In this document: positions 30,715 through 42,117 of the stretch, in pieces
Position numbering within the stretch: the first letter of the stretch is position 1
Layout: each line of letters begins with the position of its first letter
Source of the DNA: Minisyncoccota bacterium
GTDB lineage: Bacteria; Patescibacteriota; Minisyncoccia; Phycocordibacterales; SBAW01
DNA: 64,000 nucleotides
Direction: 5' to 3'
Assembly (NCBI GenBank): GCA_018060985.1
Contig: JAGOUZ010000004.1
Location: 11,215 to 75,214 of the forward strand
Program-made: the position numbers and the translations under genes
The notes under the pieces: generated by a model
What the model was told of the DNA's origin: nothing
The model's database searches: none
The model's input: only the letters and a program-made list of their open reading frames with translations

Positions 30715-31658
30715 ACCTCCACCGTTTTATCCACCATTTTTTCGAGGGAGAACTCCTGTGCGTTAGAGTCGTCTAGTATTTCAGGAATGCCGCCCACTTG
30801 GCTAGCAACTATAGGTAGGCCTGCCTGCCGTGCTTCAAGCAGTACATAGGGTAACCCCTCTTTATGCGAGGGAAGCGCAAATACATCAAAGCCCCTCATC
30901 ACTTCATTCGCTGGTATAAACCCAAAAAGTTTTACGCGCTGCTCCAAGCCATATTCTTTAATTTTCTGCTCAAGAAAACTGCGAAGTTCACCTTCGCCTA
31001 CAATAGCCACAAACATGCCCGCATCTTTTTTAGCTTGTTCAATAAGGGCGATCTGATTTTTGTTATGAGTGAGTTCTCCCACCGTTCCGACAATTTTAGC
31101 TCCTGTGGGGAATGCCTTGCGGATGATGTCGCCTGATCCAAACGTTATAGTGCCAATGCCGTTGTAAATAAGTACGCTGCGAGGTACATGCTGCTGATTT
31201 TGTTTTGAGATCGTAATAACAACATGGCAGAGCGCGAAGGTGAAACGTGAGAGTAGATAGATGAAGAGTTTTGAAATTGGATTTCGTTTTTCCTCCCACA
31301 CGAGCCCATGTGAGGTAAAAATAATGCGTGGCACGCCGGCCATTCGCGCAGCCAACGCTCCCACGGCACCAGCTTTAGAGGAGTTCAGGTGAACAATATC
31401 GGGGCGCTCCTTTTTAAACAGATGACGGAGCTCAAACAAACTTTTTATATCGGCACTAAACGAAACGTCGCGCTGCAGGGCCTGTATGGGATGGGTCGGT
31501 ATCCCTGCCTTTTGGAGTTCCTCGGAAAGTTTGCCAGGCTGTCCAAAGGCCACGGAAACGTCAAATTCTGCTGTTGGAAGCCCACTAGCTAGGTCAAAGA
31601 CATACTTCTGGGCACCACCCCAATTGGCCTTCGTAATGACCATCAGTACATTTTTCAT
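30702..31658 (-). CDS. Glycosyltransferase family 4 (GT1-fold, retaining)
   Basis: VLMVITKANWGGAQKYVFDLASGL at the N-terminus. C-terminal GT4 motifs (FALPSHKEGLPYVLLEARQAGLPIVASQVGGIPE). The start was moved to the internal ATG (MKNVLMV). Confidence 0.7.
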   Translation of the reverse strand: MKNVLMVITKANWGGAQKYVFDLASGLPTAEFDVSVAFGQPGKLSEELQKAGIPTHPIQALQRDVSFSADIKSLFELRHLFKKERPDIVHLNSSKAGAVGALAARMAGVPRIIFTSHGLVWEEKRNPISKLFIYLLSRFTFALCHVVITISKQNQQHVPRSVLIYNGIGTITFGSGDIIRKAFPTGAKIVGTVGELTHNKNQIALIEQAKKDAGMFVAIVGEGELRSFLEQKIKEYGLEQRVKLFGFIPANEVMRGFDVFALPSHKEGLPYVLLEARQAGLPIVASQVGGIPEILDDSNAQEFSLEKMVDKTVEVYRN

Positions 31659-31688
31659 ACTGCGTATGCGACTTTTCTTTTCATAATA

Positions 31689-33056
31689 ATGTTGTATAAT
31701 AGTATGCACGCTATGGCAACCGTCTTTCGCCCCCGGACACTCATTTTATTTGTGGGGGACCTTGTCTTCTTCGTCTTTGCACTGTGGCTCTCGCTCCTGG
31801 TGCGCAATGCCGAGGTGCCCACTTGGAGCCTGTTTGAGCTCCATCTTGAGCCCTTTGCTTACCTCTTTGCGGCATGGGTAGTGGTCTACTTTATTGCCGG
31901 ACTCTATGAGGGCCGTTCAATCATTCTCGCACGTCGCGCGCTCTCGTCGACGTTGCTCTATGCACAGATAGTAAATATGTTTTTGGCGGCATTGTTTTTC
32001 TTCGTGGTGCCATTTTTTGGCATTGCACCAAAAACAATTCTCTTTGTGTACCTAGTGATCTCGTTTCCACTTATCTTAATTTGGCGTGCAGTGTTATTCC
32101 CACGCCTGGGCTTCTCTAAGCCAGAAAAGGCGCTGGTGGTCGGCGGGCGAGCTGAGGTGCTTGAGCTCGCACAAGTACTTGCAAACTCTCCGTTTGCTCC
32201 TGTGCGCATTGCAGCCACTATTCACCCTAATGGGGTTTCAATAGCGCACGAAGTGGAACAGGCACTCCTTATACACAATGCCCGTTACATCATTGCCGAT
32301 TTTAACGACCCCAAGGTGGCGAGTGCGTTTCCACAAATGTATAACCTTCTTTCAATGGGGGTACGTTTCTTTGATGCCTTGGCGCTCTACGAACAGGTGC
32401 TCGGGCGCATTCCACTTTCTATACTTGATGATCGGTGGTTTGCACGCAATATCTCGCGCTATGCGCACATGCTCTATGACGGAGCAAAAAGATTTATAGA
32501 TATTGTGGTCGGGGTTCTGTTGAGTGTAGTACCCCTTGTGTGCTACCCGTTTTTTGCACTCATCATAAAACTGCAAGATGGCGGTCCGGTTTTTTATACC
32601 CAAGTACGCATGGGGCAAAATAATCAGCCATTCGTTATGCTCAAATTCCGCAGTATGAGTGGCACAGACCAGGGAAGTGAGGTGCTAAAGAGCAAGCATG
32701 TGGTAACACCGTTTGGAAAGTTTCTTCGGGTAAGCCGATTGGACGAGTTTCCTCAGGCTTGGAACGTGTTACGTGGCGACATGTCTTTGGTGGGGCCACG
32801 GCCCGAATTTCCGGCGCTTGTTGAAGAATATGAGAAGGAAATTCCGTATTACGGGGTGCGACATTTGGTTAAACCAGGCCTTTCTGGTTGGGCGCAGCTC
32901 TACCATGACAATCATCCGCATCATGGCACCGAAGTAGAGGCAACACGCGAAAAGCTGTCTTACGATTTGTATTACTTGAAACATCGATCTATAACGCTTG
33001 ATGCCATTATTATTCTCAAAACAATCAAGAAACTTCTAACCCGGAGTGGAGTTTAA
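31689..33056 (+). CDS. Polyprenyl-phosphate sugar-1-phosphate transferase (WbaP/CpsE-like 'bacterial sugar transferase')
   Basis: N-terminal TM helices plus a C-terminal catalytic domain (GGPVFYTQVRMGQNNQPFVMLKFRSM...DEFPQAWNVLRGDMSLVGPRPE). Confidence 0.8.
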   Translation: MLYNSMHAMATVFRPRTLILFVGDLVFFVFALWLSLLVRNAEVPTWSLFELHLEPFAYLFAAWVVVYFIAGLYEGRSIILARRALSSTLLYAQIVNMFLAALFFFVVPFFGIAPKTILFVYLVISFPLILIWRAVLFPRLGFSKPEKALVVGGRAEVLELAQVLANSPFAPVRIAATIHPNGVSIAHEVEQALLIHNARYIIADFNDPKVASAFPQMYNLLSMGVRFFDALALYEQVLGRIPLSILDDRWFARNISRYAHMLYDGAKRFIDIVVGVLLSVVPLVCYPFFALIIKLQDGGPVFYTQVRMGQNNQPFVMLKFRSMSGTDQGSEVLKSKHVVTPFGKFLRVSRLDEFPQAWNVLRGDMSLVGPRPEFPALVEEYEKEIPYYGVRHLVKPGLSGWAQLYHDNHPHHGTEVEATREKLSYDLYYLKHRSITLDAIIILKTIKKLLTRSGV

Positions 33057-33066
33057 ATAAACATAT

Positions 33067-33927
33067 ATGAAAGCGGTAGTTACAGGCAGCAGTGGTTTTA
33101 TTGGCACGCATCTCTGCAAAGCGCTTCGGGAAAAAGGGTGGGGGGTGGTTGAAGTTGATATTGAAAAAGGCATTGACGTTCGTGATGTTAAGGTGCTCGA
33201 TCAGGCGTTTAAGGGTGCAGATTACGTATTTCATTTGGCCGCGCTTCCTCGAGTGCAATATTCTATAGAGAATCCTGCAGAGACTCACGAAATAAATGTT
33301 TCCGGTACCCTCAATGTACTTCTTGCTGCGCGCAATGCCGGTGTTAAAAAGGTTATCTATTCTGCCTCGAGCTCGGCGTATGGCGACCAGGACACTATGC
33401 CCCTTAAGGAAGATATGCCCGCACGACCTCAGAGTCCGTATGCACTTCATAAATATATGGGGGAGCATTACTGTCGCGTATTTTCAGAAATCTACGGACT
33501 GCCCACGGTGTCGCTTCGTTATTTTAATGTGTACGGTCCCGGCGCCAGTGCTGAAGGTGCCTATGCGCTCGTGATCGCAAGATTTTTACAGCAAAGAATA
33601 GAGGGGAAACCCATGACCATTACCGGCGACGGTACGCAGACCCGCGACTTTACGCATGTGTATGATGTCGTTAAGGCCAACCTACTTGCGGCAGAAAGTG
33701 AAAAAGTAGGTAAGGGAGAAGTAATAAATATAGGTGTTGGTAAAAATGCGTCTGTAAATCGCGTTGCAGAACTTATTGGTGGACCGGTTGAGCACGTTCC
33801 GGCACGGTTGGAGCCGCATGACACCTTGGCTGACAACAGTCTCGCAAAAAAGCTCCTAGGGTGGCAGCCAAACGTATCTCTTGAAGACGGCATTGCAGAG
33901 CTGAAAAAACTAGCAGGTCTGGTATAA
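33067..33927 (+). CDS. NAD-dependent sugar epimerase/dehydratase (short-chain SDR, UDP-sugar 4-epimerase-like)
   Basis: Rossmann GxxGxxG (VVTGSSGFIGTHL) and a YxxxK catalytic pair (YALHKYMGE). Confidence 0.75.
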   Translation: MKAVVTGSSGFIGTHLCKALREKGWGVVEVDIEKGIDVRDVKVLDQAFKGADYVFHLAALPRVQYSIENPAETHEINVSGTLNVLLAARNAGVKKVIYSASSSAYGDQDTMPLKEDMPARPQSPYALHKYMGEHYCRVFSEIYGLPTVSLRYFNVYGPGASAEGAYALVIARFLQQRIEGKPMTITGDGTQTRDFTHVYDVVKANLLAAESEKVGKGEVINIGVGKNASVNRVAELIGGPVEHVPARLEPHDTLADNSLAKKLLGWQPNVSLEDGIAELKKLAGLV

Positions 33928-33934
33928 CTAGGGG

Positions 33935-34660
33935 GTGATTATCGACGGTAAAAAAATAGCCGAGGAGATTGTCGTGAGCCTAGGCGACTCGTTGCGCGGT
34001 AAGAAGCTCGGTATTGTAGTTGGCGTACAAGAGGCGGCAACAGACTCATTTGTAAAAATAAAGACCCGGGTTGCCGAGCGTCTCGGCGTGGAGGTGGTGC
34101 GTGGCGAACTTGCTGACCTGGTGCAAAGTTGTGATGGCATTATTGTGCAGCTGCCGCACCCGAATGCAGATGAGCTCATTGCTGCAATTCCGTCAGAAAA
34201 AGATTTAGACGCTATTAGCCCCAAGCCGTTAGTACATACGCCAGTGGCTGGTGCAATTTCAGAAGTGCTGGTGCGTGGAAATGTTTCTGCACTAGGTAAA
34301 ACAGCCGTGGTGGTAGGAAAGGGGAGGTTGGTGGGTGCGCCGGCTGCAGAACTATTAAAAGAGCTGGGCGCGCACGTAACCGTTATCACTCAGAGCGAAG
34401 GTTCTCTTTCTGCTCTTAAAGATGCAGATATAGTCGTCTTGGGTGCTGGCGAGCCAGGGCTCGTAAAACCAGACATGCTCAAAGAGGGGGTGGTACTTAT
34501 TGATGCCGGCACCTCAGAAGCTGCGGGCAAGCTTGCGGGGGACGCGGATCCTGCGTGTGCGGAGGTGGCTAGTATTTTTACACCGGTGCCAGGCGGCATT
34601 GGGCCTATCGCAGTAGCTATGATTTTTAAGAACTTATTCCAGCTGGCGAAGCGGGACTAA
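33935..34660 (+). CDS. folD: Bifunctional methylene-THF dehydrogenase/methenyl-THF cyclohydrolase, shortened version
   Basis: Starts IIDGKKIAEEI, with a C-terminal FTPVPGGIGPIAVAMI (FolD PVPGGVGP motif). GTG start; 241 aa. Confidence 0.7.
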   Translation: MIIDGKKIAEEIVVSLGDSLRGKKLGIVVGVQEAATDSFVKIKTRVAERLGVEVVRGELADLVQSCDGIIVQLPHPNADELIAAIPSEKDLDAISPKPLVHTPVAGAISEVLVRGNVSALGKTAVVVGKGRLVGAPAAELLKELGAHVTVITQSEGSLSALKDADIVVLGAGEPGLVKPDMLKEGVVLIDAGTSEAAGKLAGDADPACAEVASIFTPVPGGIGPIAVAMIFKNLFQLAKRD

Positions 34661-34752
34661 ATCTGCTACTGTTTTGCCATAACCTAGCGTAGCGAGTGAA
34701 ATAAACCCTGTTTATTTCCGAGCAAATGACGGTTATATAATTTTAAAATACT

Positions 34753-36075
34753 ATGTTCAAGTTGCGTTACAGCGCGGTCATGGTCCTCCTCGCCTCCTTG
34801 GCGATAGGGTTTTTTGTATGGAATACAACGGGTGCTGGTGGCCGTTTTGACTTTAAGCTTGGCCTCGACCTTTCGGGCGGTACGCACTTGGTGTACAACG
34901 CCGACACCAGCAAGGTGCCAGCGGCTGAAGTGGGTGATGCTCTTGCCAGTTTGCGCGAGGTTATCGAGCGCCGTGTTAACGCCTTTGGCGTTGGCGAGCC
35001 AGTGGTACAAACCCAGCAGGGCGGTGCGCTCGGCGGCGGCGTACAGCGTCTCGTGGTTGAACTTCCGGGTGTTACCGACGTAGACGAAGCCGTAAAAATG
35101 ATAGGCCAGACGCCGCTTCTTGAGTTCAAACTTGTTAAAGCGGGGATGGAAGAGTCTCTCGTAGGAGAAAACGGTCAACCAAATCCTGAGGCATTTACAG
35201 ACACAGGCCTTACCGGTGCATTACTTTCTCGTGCGGCGCTCGACTTTGGCGGCAATCAGATGATACAGGGCCAGCCAACCGTGCGCGTTGATTTTAATGC
35301 AGAAGGTGCAAAACTTTTCGCTGATCTCACGGGTGCCAATATCGGCAAGCAGATAGCCATCTTTCTTGATGGGTCTCTTATTTCTGCACCGGTGGTGCAG
35401 GCTCACATCACTAACGGCACTGCAATTATCTCGGGTAACTTTACTGCGGAGAGCGCCAAAGAGTTGGTGCGCAATCTTAATCTAGGTGCACTCCCAGTAC
35501 CGATCGTGCTTGCATCAACACAGACCATTGGTGCCATTTTGGGTGAAGAGGCAGTTCATGCCGGCATTCTGGCGGGAATTGTAGGATTTTTGGCGCTCTC
35601 AGCTTTTATGATCTTCTGGTACCGCTTGCCGGGCGTTGTTGCCGTACTTTCTCTACTTATATACGTAGTCTTGATGCTGGCGATCTTTAAGCTAGTTCCC
35701 GTGGTTCTTACCGCAGCAGGTATTGCAGCGTTTATCCTTTCGGTAGGTCTAGCGGTCGACGCCAACGTGCTTATTGCAGAGCGTCTTAAAGAAGAGCTTG
35801 CAGCGGGCAAAAAGGCCGAGGCGGCAATTCGCGAAGGCTTTGCGCGTGCCTGGCTCGCTATCCGCGACAGCAACATTGCACACATCATTGCCGCTGTGAT
35901 TCTCTTCTGGTTCGGCACCTCGCTCATTAAGGGGTTTGCGTTGGTGTTCGGTATCGGCGTCGTCGTTTCTATGCTCTCCGCTATTACTATCTCACGCACC
36001 TTCCTCTTGGCGCTCGGAGTTAAAGAAACGTCGCGGCTCGGCCACTTCCTTCTGCGTTCAGGACTCCGAAAATAA
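34753..36075 (+). CDS. secD: Protein translocase subunit SecD
   Basis: N-terminal TM helix, then GLDLSGGTHLVYNAD, a periplasmic domain, and six C-terminal TM helices. Confidence 0.85.
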   Translation: MFKLRYSAVMVLLASLAIGFFVWNTTGAGGRFDFKLGLDLSGGTHLVYNADTSKVPAAEVGDALASLREVIERRVNAFGVGEPVVQTQQGGALGGGVQRLVVELPGVTDVDEAVKMIGQTPLLEFKLVKAGMEESLVGENGQPNPEAFTDTGLTGALLSRAALDFGGNQMIQGQPTVRVDFNAEGAKLFADLTGANIGKQIAIFLDGSLISAPVVQAHITNGTAIISGNFTAESAKELVRNLNLGALPVPIVLASTQTIGAILGEEAVHAGILAGIVGFLALSAFMIFWYRLPGVVAVLSLLIYVVLMLAIFKLVPVVLTAAGIAAFILSVGLAVDANVLIAERLKEELAAGKKAEAAIREGFARAWLAIRDSNIAHIIAAVILFWFGTSLIKGFALVFGIGVVVSMLSAITISRTFLLALGVKETSRLGHFLLRSGLRK

Positions 36076-36076
36076 T

Positions 36077-36982
36077 ATGAATATCACCAAGTACGAAAAA
36101 TATTTCTTTATCTTGCCCGCGCTTCTTTCCGCCTTCGCTATTGTGGCCATCGTCATGTGGGGCCTTAAACCTGGTATTGACCTCGTGGGAGGCTCCTTCC
36201 TTGAGGTGAGCTATCCGGAGAGCCGGCCTGCTGTAGAGCGCGTACACGAAGCGGTGGAGCCCCTTAACCTTGGCGAGGTGCGTATACAGCCAACCGGCGA
36301 CGATGGTTACATTCTGCGCCAGCGCGACCTCTCTAACGACGAGCGCAACGCACTTTTGGCCAAGCTTGGCACACTAGGCACCGTACAGGAAGATCAGTTT
36401 ACCTCGGTGGGCCCATCTCTTGGTCATGAACTTTTGACCAAAGCATGGATCGCAATCGCGCTTATCGTCATTTCAATCATTTTGTTCATCGCCTTTGCCT
36501 TCAGACATGTTTCAAAGCCGGTGCAGTCATGGAAGTATGGCGTGGTAGCAATTATCACTCTGCTTCATGACATATTGGTTCCACTCGGCCTCTTTGCCTT
36601 CTTGGGTCATATGGTTGGTGCAGAGGTAGACTCGCTCTTTATTGTGGCGCTCCTCACTATTTTAGGCATTTCAATCAACGACACGATCGTCATCTTTGAC
36701 CGCATCCGCGAAAACTTGCGACGCAATGAAGAGGCGCGCCGCCATGAAGAGTTTGAAAGCGTGGTCGGACACAGCATTATGCAGACCTTCACACGTTCAA
36801 TAAATACCAGTGTAACGGTGGTAATTACGCTTGTAGCACTCTACTTCCTTGGTCCTGAGGCAACGAAGAACTTCTCCCTCACACTCATTGTCGGTATGAT
36901 CGCAGGAACGTATTCATCGATCTTCCTTGCGTCACCACTCCTCGTTGTTTGGCAGCGTTGGTCAGGTAAGAAAAATAAGTAA
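36077..36982 (+). CDS. secF: Protein translocase subunit SecF
   Basis: Internal ATG (MNITKYEKYFFILPALLSA...GIDLVGGSFLEV). Immediately downstream of secD. Confidence 0.85.
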   Translation: MNITKYEKYFFILPALLSAFAIVAIVMWGLKPGIDLVGGSFLEVSYPESRPAVERVHEAVEPLNLGEVRIQPTGDDGYILRQRDLSNDERNALLAKLGTLGTVQEDQFTSVGPSLGHELLTKAWIAIALIVISIILFIAFAFRHVSKPVQSWKYGVVAIITLLHDILVPLGLFAFLGHMVGAEVDSLFIVALLTILGISINDTIVIFDRIRENLRRNEEARRHEEFESVVGHSIMQTFTRSINTSVTVVITLVALYFLGPEATKNFSLTLIVGMIAGTYSSIFLASPLLVVWQRWSGKKNK

Positions 36983-37533
36983 TGATAATCGGTATCACCG
37001 GCACGCTCGGTGCAGGAAAGGGCACTGTAGTTGAGTATTTAAAAACCAAAGGGTTTAAGCATTTCTCGGCCCGGGCTTTTTTCATAGAAGACGTTCAAAA
37101 AAGAGGTTTGCCGGTAAACCGGGACACTATTACCGAGGTGGCCAATGATCTGCGTGCCCAGCACGGCCCAGGCTACTTTACTGAAGAAGCCTTGCGGCGC
37201 GCGGGTGCAGAGGGTGGTGATGTGGTTATAGAGTCTATCCGTACGGTGGGAGAGGTAATGCACCTTGCGTCACATGGCGCTACACTGTGGGCGGTTGATG
37301 CTGACAAGCGTACCCGCTATGACCGGATTTATAAGCGGGCATCGGAGACCGACCAGATCTCATTTGAAAAATTTGTCGCAGACGAAGAGCGCGAATGGAG
37401 CAATACTGACCCAAGTAAACAAAACTTGAAGGGTGTTATTGAAAAGGCGGATATTGTCCTAACAAACAACGGCACGCAGGAAGAATTGTTTGCCCAAGTT
37501 GAGGCCGCGCTTGCAACTATGCACACTGCATAG
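36982..37533 (+). CDS. P-loop nucleotide kinase (dephospho-CoA kinase / (d)NMP kinase-like)
   Basis: Walker A (IIGITGTLGAGKGT), about 180 aa. Its ATG overlaps the secF stop by 1 nt. The exact substrate is not inferable. Confidence 0.45.
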   Translation: MIIGITGTLGAGKGTVVEYLKTKGFKHFSARAFFIEDVQKRGLPVNRDTITEVANDLRAQHGPGYFTEEALRRAGAEGGDVVIESIRTVGEVMHLASHGATLWAVDADKRTRYDRIYKRASETDQISFEKFVADEEREWSNTDPSKQNLKGVIEKADIVLTNNGTQEELFAQVEAALATMHTA

Positions 37534-37613
37534 CCGAAAACTCTTTACATCTGGCGAGAGAAGAGTATAAACACATAAGGCTACACAAGAAAGTAGCTAT
37601 TTATTTTTGTCGA

Positions 37614-39122
37614 ATGGATACTAAAAACGGTAACGGCTCAAACGGACACGTGACCGACACCAACACAACAAACGGAGCAGCGAGTGGCAGCACAAAAGAG
37701 CTCTACACTAAAGCGGTCTTTCCTGGCCGCCTATTAATGTTGGGCTGTGGCTCTATTGGCCAGGCTATTTTGCCTATGCTTATGCGCCACACTGACATAA
37801 CGCCGGAGCGCATGCGTATTATGACTGCGGATGAAACAGGGAAGCAGGTGGCGGCTCAGTTTGGTGTCGACTTCGTCGTCGATGCCCTTACTCCTGACAA
37901 CTATGCCACGGTGCTTAAAAAGTACCTCGCTTCTGGCGACTTTTTACTTAACCTCTCGGTCGAGACGTCCTCGAACGATCTGATTATTTGGTGTCAAAAG
38001 AACGGGGTCCTGTATGTCGACACCTCAACCGAGCGTTGGCCTGGGTTTTCGACCGATGCGTCGCTTACGCCCGAGCAGCGTACCAATTACGCTCAGCGCG
38101 AAGAATTTTTGAAACTAAAAGAAAAGTATAAAGAGGGTTCAACCGCTATTGTTAACCACGGCGCGAACCCGGGCCTGGTGTCTCATTTTATAAAAGCAGC
38201 GCTCTTGGATATTGCTATTAGTATTGGCAACGGTGCGGCAGCACTAGGCACTCCTAGCAACCGGGCCGAGTGGGCCAAGCTAATGCAAGAGCTAAAAGTG
38301 CGCGTCATACAAACCGCCGAACGCGACACGCAGGACACCCCCGTTTCTAAACAGCCGGATGAGTTTGTAAGTACCTGGTCTGTCGAAGGGTTTTTGAGCG
38401 AGGCAACGCAGCCGGTGGAGCTTGGCTGGGGCACCCATGAAAAGGAACTTCCTCAAGATGCACACGAGCACACTATTGGCCGCAAGGCCGCTATCTACCT
38501 CGACCGCCCCGGCGCACTCACGCCAGTGCGCTCCTGGACACCACGTGAGGGCCCGTACCACGGCTTTTTGATTACTCATGATGAGTCGATCACGACAGCC
38601 GACTACTACACGGTGTTTGATGAACAGGGGAACGTGCTGTATCGCCCCACCATGATGTATGCGTATCATCCGTGCGACGACGCCGTTCTTTCTTTGCGCG
38701 AATACGCAGGCAACAACTGGAAGCAGCCGCGCAAAAAGCGCATTTTGATGGATGAAATTGAAACAGGTTCAGACGAACTCGGTGTTCTGATCATGGGTCA
38801 CAAAAAACGTTCGTACTGGTTTGGCTCTGACCTTTCTATCGCGCAAGTGCGCGAACTGTTGCCTCACCAAAATGCGACGACCATGCAAGTTGCCATTGGT
38901 GCTATGTCGGCGCTCATTTGGGCGCTCGAAAATCAGAAGCGCGGTATTTGCGAACCAGAAGATTTAGACTTTCGCCGAATACTCGATATTGCTACGCCGT
39001 ACCTCGGCATTGTGCACGGCAAGTACACCAATTGGACGCCGCTGCGTGAGCGCAAGAACCCACTTTTTCCTGAAGATACCTCCGCCGACCCTTGGCAATT
39101 TAAGAACTTTAGGGTGATGTAG
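37614..39122 (+). CDS. hss: Homospermidine synthase (saccharopine-dehydrogenase-like NAD-binding fold)
   Basis: Strong similarity by eye to bacterial HSS along the whole length (LMLGCGSIGQAILPML; NLSVETSSNDLIIWCQKNGVLYVDTSTERWPGF; ANPGLVSHFIKAAL; TWSVEGFLSEATQPVELGWGTHE; YHPCDDAVLSLREY; DPWQFKNFRV). Confidence 0.8.
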   Translation: MDTKNGNGSNGHVTDTNTTNGAASGSTKELYTKAVFPGRLLMLGCGSIGQAILPMLMRHTDITPERMRIMTADETGKQVAAQFGVDFVVDALTPDNYATVLKKYLASGDFLLNLSVETSSNDLIIWCQKNGVLYVDTSTERWPGFSTDASLTPEQRTNYAQREEFLKLKEKYKEGSTAIVNHGANPGLVSHFIKAALLDIAISIGNGAAALGTPSNRAEWAKLMQELKVRVIQTAERDTQDTPVSKQPDEFVSTWSVEGFLSEATQPVELGWGTHEKELPQDAHEHTIGRKAAIYLDRPGALTPVRSWTPREGPYHGFLITHDESITTADYYTVFDEQGNVLYRPTMMYAYHPCDDAVLSLREYAGNNWKQPRKKRILMDEIETGSDELGVLIMGHKKRSYWFGSDLSIAQVRELLPHQNATTMQVAIGAMSALIWALENQKRGICEPEDLDFRRILDIATPYLGIVHGKYTNWTPLRERKNPLFPEDTSADPWQFKNFRVM

Positions 39123-39208
39123 AGCCATAAAACAGGGCTTGACTCCCCCCTATATATGACTATAATGGCTTCATGACTGCTTAGACGGTAGGTGAATCTC
39201 GTTTTGAG

Positions 39209-39239
39209 AAAACCCGCCCTCTGGCGGGCTTGTTTTTTG
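39209..39239 (+). terminator. Rho-independent terminator after hss
   Basis: CCCGCCC-TCT-GGCGGG hairpin followed by CTTGTTTTTTGA. Confidence 0.65.
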
Positions 39240-39469
39240 ACATAAGAATAGCTTTTCCAGCGGAGTAATTGAACGTTGGAAAAGAGATCACACCGATTTC
39301 TTTCTCATGTACAAGTGAGGAAGATAATCAAGCAAGCAAAAGAAGTCCTTCAGATCCACTCTGAAGGCAGCCCTCTTTCTGTCTTTCCAACAGTAAGAAG
39401 GGTGAAGATGAGAGAAGAAGTAATTTTTCTCTTGTTCCGTTCATCGAGTCTAGATTCAAATCTTGAATC

Positions 39470-40932
<1,463 letters not shown>

Positions 40933-41520
40933 TGATAAGCGTTCTGTAGCTCAATTGACTACAGAATTGAATCGGCGATATTCTCCGCAAGGAGATTGGA
41001 TAATAGTGCTAATCCTAAAATTGCACTCGGTTTGTGGCCAACATACGTCATGGCTATTCGATACCTACAGAGTACGCATTGGAGTACAGTGCCGGAAAAT
41101 AGGTAAAAAACGGAACAAGAGAAAGAATGTTTCTTCTCATATTTCTTTTGCACAGTGTGATCACTAATCAATTCAATTTCAAGCAAAAACACCCAATCTT
41201 TATTGAAGCGGGTGGTTTTTGCGCTATGTAAAAAAATAGAACGCCGTCCCTTGTGGGGACGGCGCAGAAACGATGTGAGGCGACGAGCCTCTGGTGGTGG
41301 TCAGTTCTCCTTTCAGGTTAACTCACGAGCTTGTCGGACGCTGTCGGACCACGTTTGAGCCTCATCCTGTGGCTCGAAATCAAGGCAGGACGAACGTGTC
41401 CGCAGACGATGACACCACCTTGCATAATGGACCTCTTAGTTCAAACGGGTAGCAACCTACCCACCGCAAAGGTAGCATTAAGCCCTAATTTTTGCTAGTA
41501 TCTTCTGCACACGTGCACAT

Positions 41521-41593
41521 GCGGGCGTAGCTCAGTTGGTAGAGCATTCGACTGATACTCGAAAGGTCCTAGGTTCGATCCCTAGCGCCCGCA
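41521..41593 (+). tRNA. tRNA-Ile (anticodon GAT)
   Basis: GCGGGCG acceptor, GCTCAGTTGGTAGAGC D-arm, anticodon loop CTGATAC, T-arm CTAGGTTCGATCCCTAG, CGCCCGC-A 3' end. No encoded CCA. Confidence 0.9.
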
Positions 41594-41595
41594 CA

Positions 41596-42015
41596 ATGGA
41601 AGATCATCTCAAGCACTTTAACGGCAACGTCGCTCAAAAAGCGATCATCGAGAAAGACGGAAAGATTTTAGTATGTCGAGGTGTTGGAGACGCGGTGTGG
41701 GAATTCCCTGGCGGCAGGCTCCACGACGGTGAGACGCCGGTAGAGGGTATTAAACGCGAAATAAAAGAGGAGTTAGGTGTTGAGGTAACGGATGTACGGC
41801 CGTTTCAAATAGAGCGCAACTATCATTTTAGAACGAAAGTGCATCAGGTATTTATCGTTTATACCTGCACTATGGCTGGTGCAGACATTAAGGTGGACAG
41901 TAGTGAGTTGGAGGAAATCAGATGGGTTTCTAAAGATGAGCTTAAAACACTTTCAATGTTTGATGACGGGGGAACCTTGCAGGTGCGTGATGCGTGGGCA
42001 AACAAAATAGTGTAA
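41596..42015 (+). CDS. NUDIX hydrolase
   Basis: Nudix box [26 protein letters not shown]. An internal ATG just after tRNA-Ile was chosen; the ORF track start at 41536 would overlap the tRNA. Confidence 0.75.
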   Translation: MEDHLKHFNGNVAQKAIIEKDGKILVCRGVGDAVWEFPGGRLHDGETPVEGIKREIKEELGVEVTDVRPFQIERNYHFRTKVHQVFIVYTCTMAGADIKVDSSELEEIRWVSKDELKTLSMFDDGGTLQVRDAWANKIV

Positions 42016-42026
42016 CTTAGTTGCAC

Positions 42027-42108
42027 GGGCACGTGGCGGAATTGGTATACGCGTACGTCTCAGAAGCGTATGGAGTAATCCTTGGGAGTTCGAGTCTCCC
42101 CGTGCCCA
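42027..42108 (+). tRNA. tRNA-Leu (anticodon CAG), type II with a long variable arm
   Basis: GGGCACG/CGTGCCC acceptor. The D-arm GGCGGAATTGGTATACGCG is near-identical to E. coli tRNA-Leu. Anticodon loop CTCAGAA, T-arm GGGAGTTCGAGTCTCCC. Confidence 0.85.
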
Positions 42109-42117
42109 CACAACATC

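Noticed and set aside
34390-35178. Several 70-160-aa ORFs antisense to folD and secD
   Set aside because: They are products of GC-rich coding sequence on the opposite strand. They have no start context, and the sense-strand genes are strongly supported.
39138-39166. Perfect-looking sigma70 promoter TTGACT-16-TATAAT about 310 nt upstream of the 16S
   Set aside because: It lies between the hss stop and the hss terminator hairpin (39209-39239), so transcripts from it would meet a terminator before reaching the 16S. It may be fortuitous, and I did not annotate it as the rRNA promoter.
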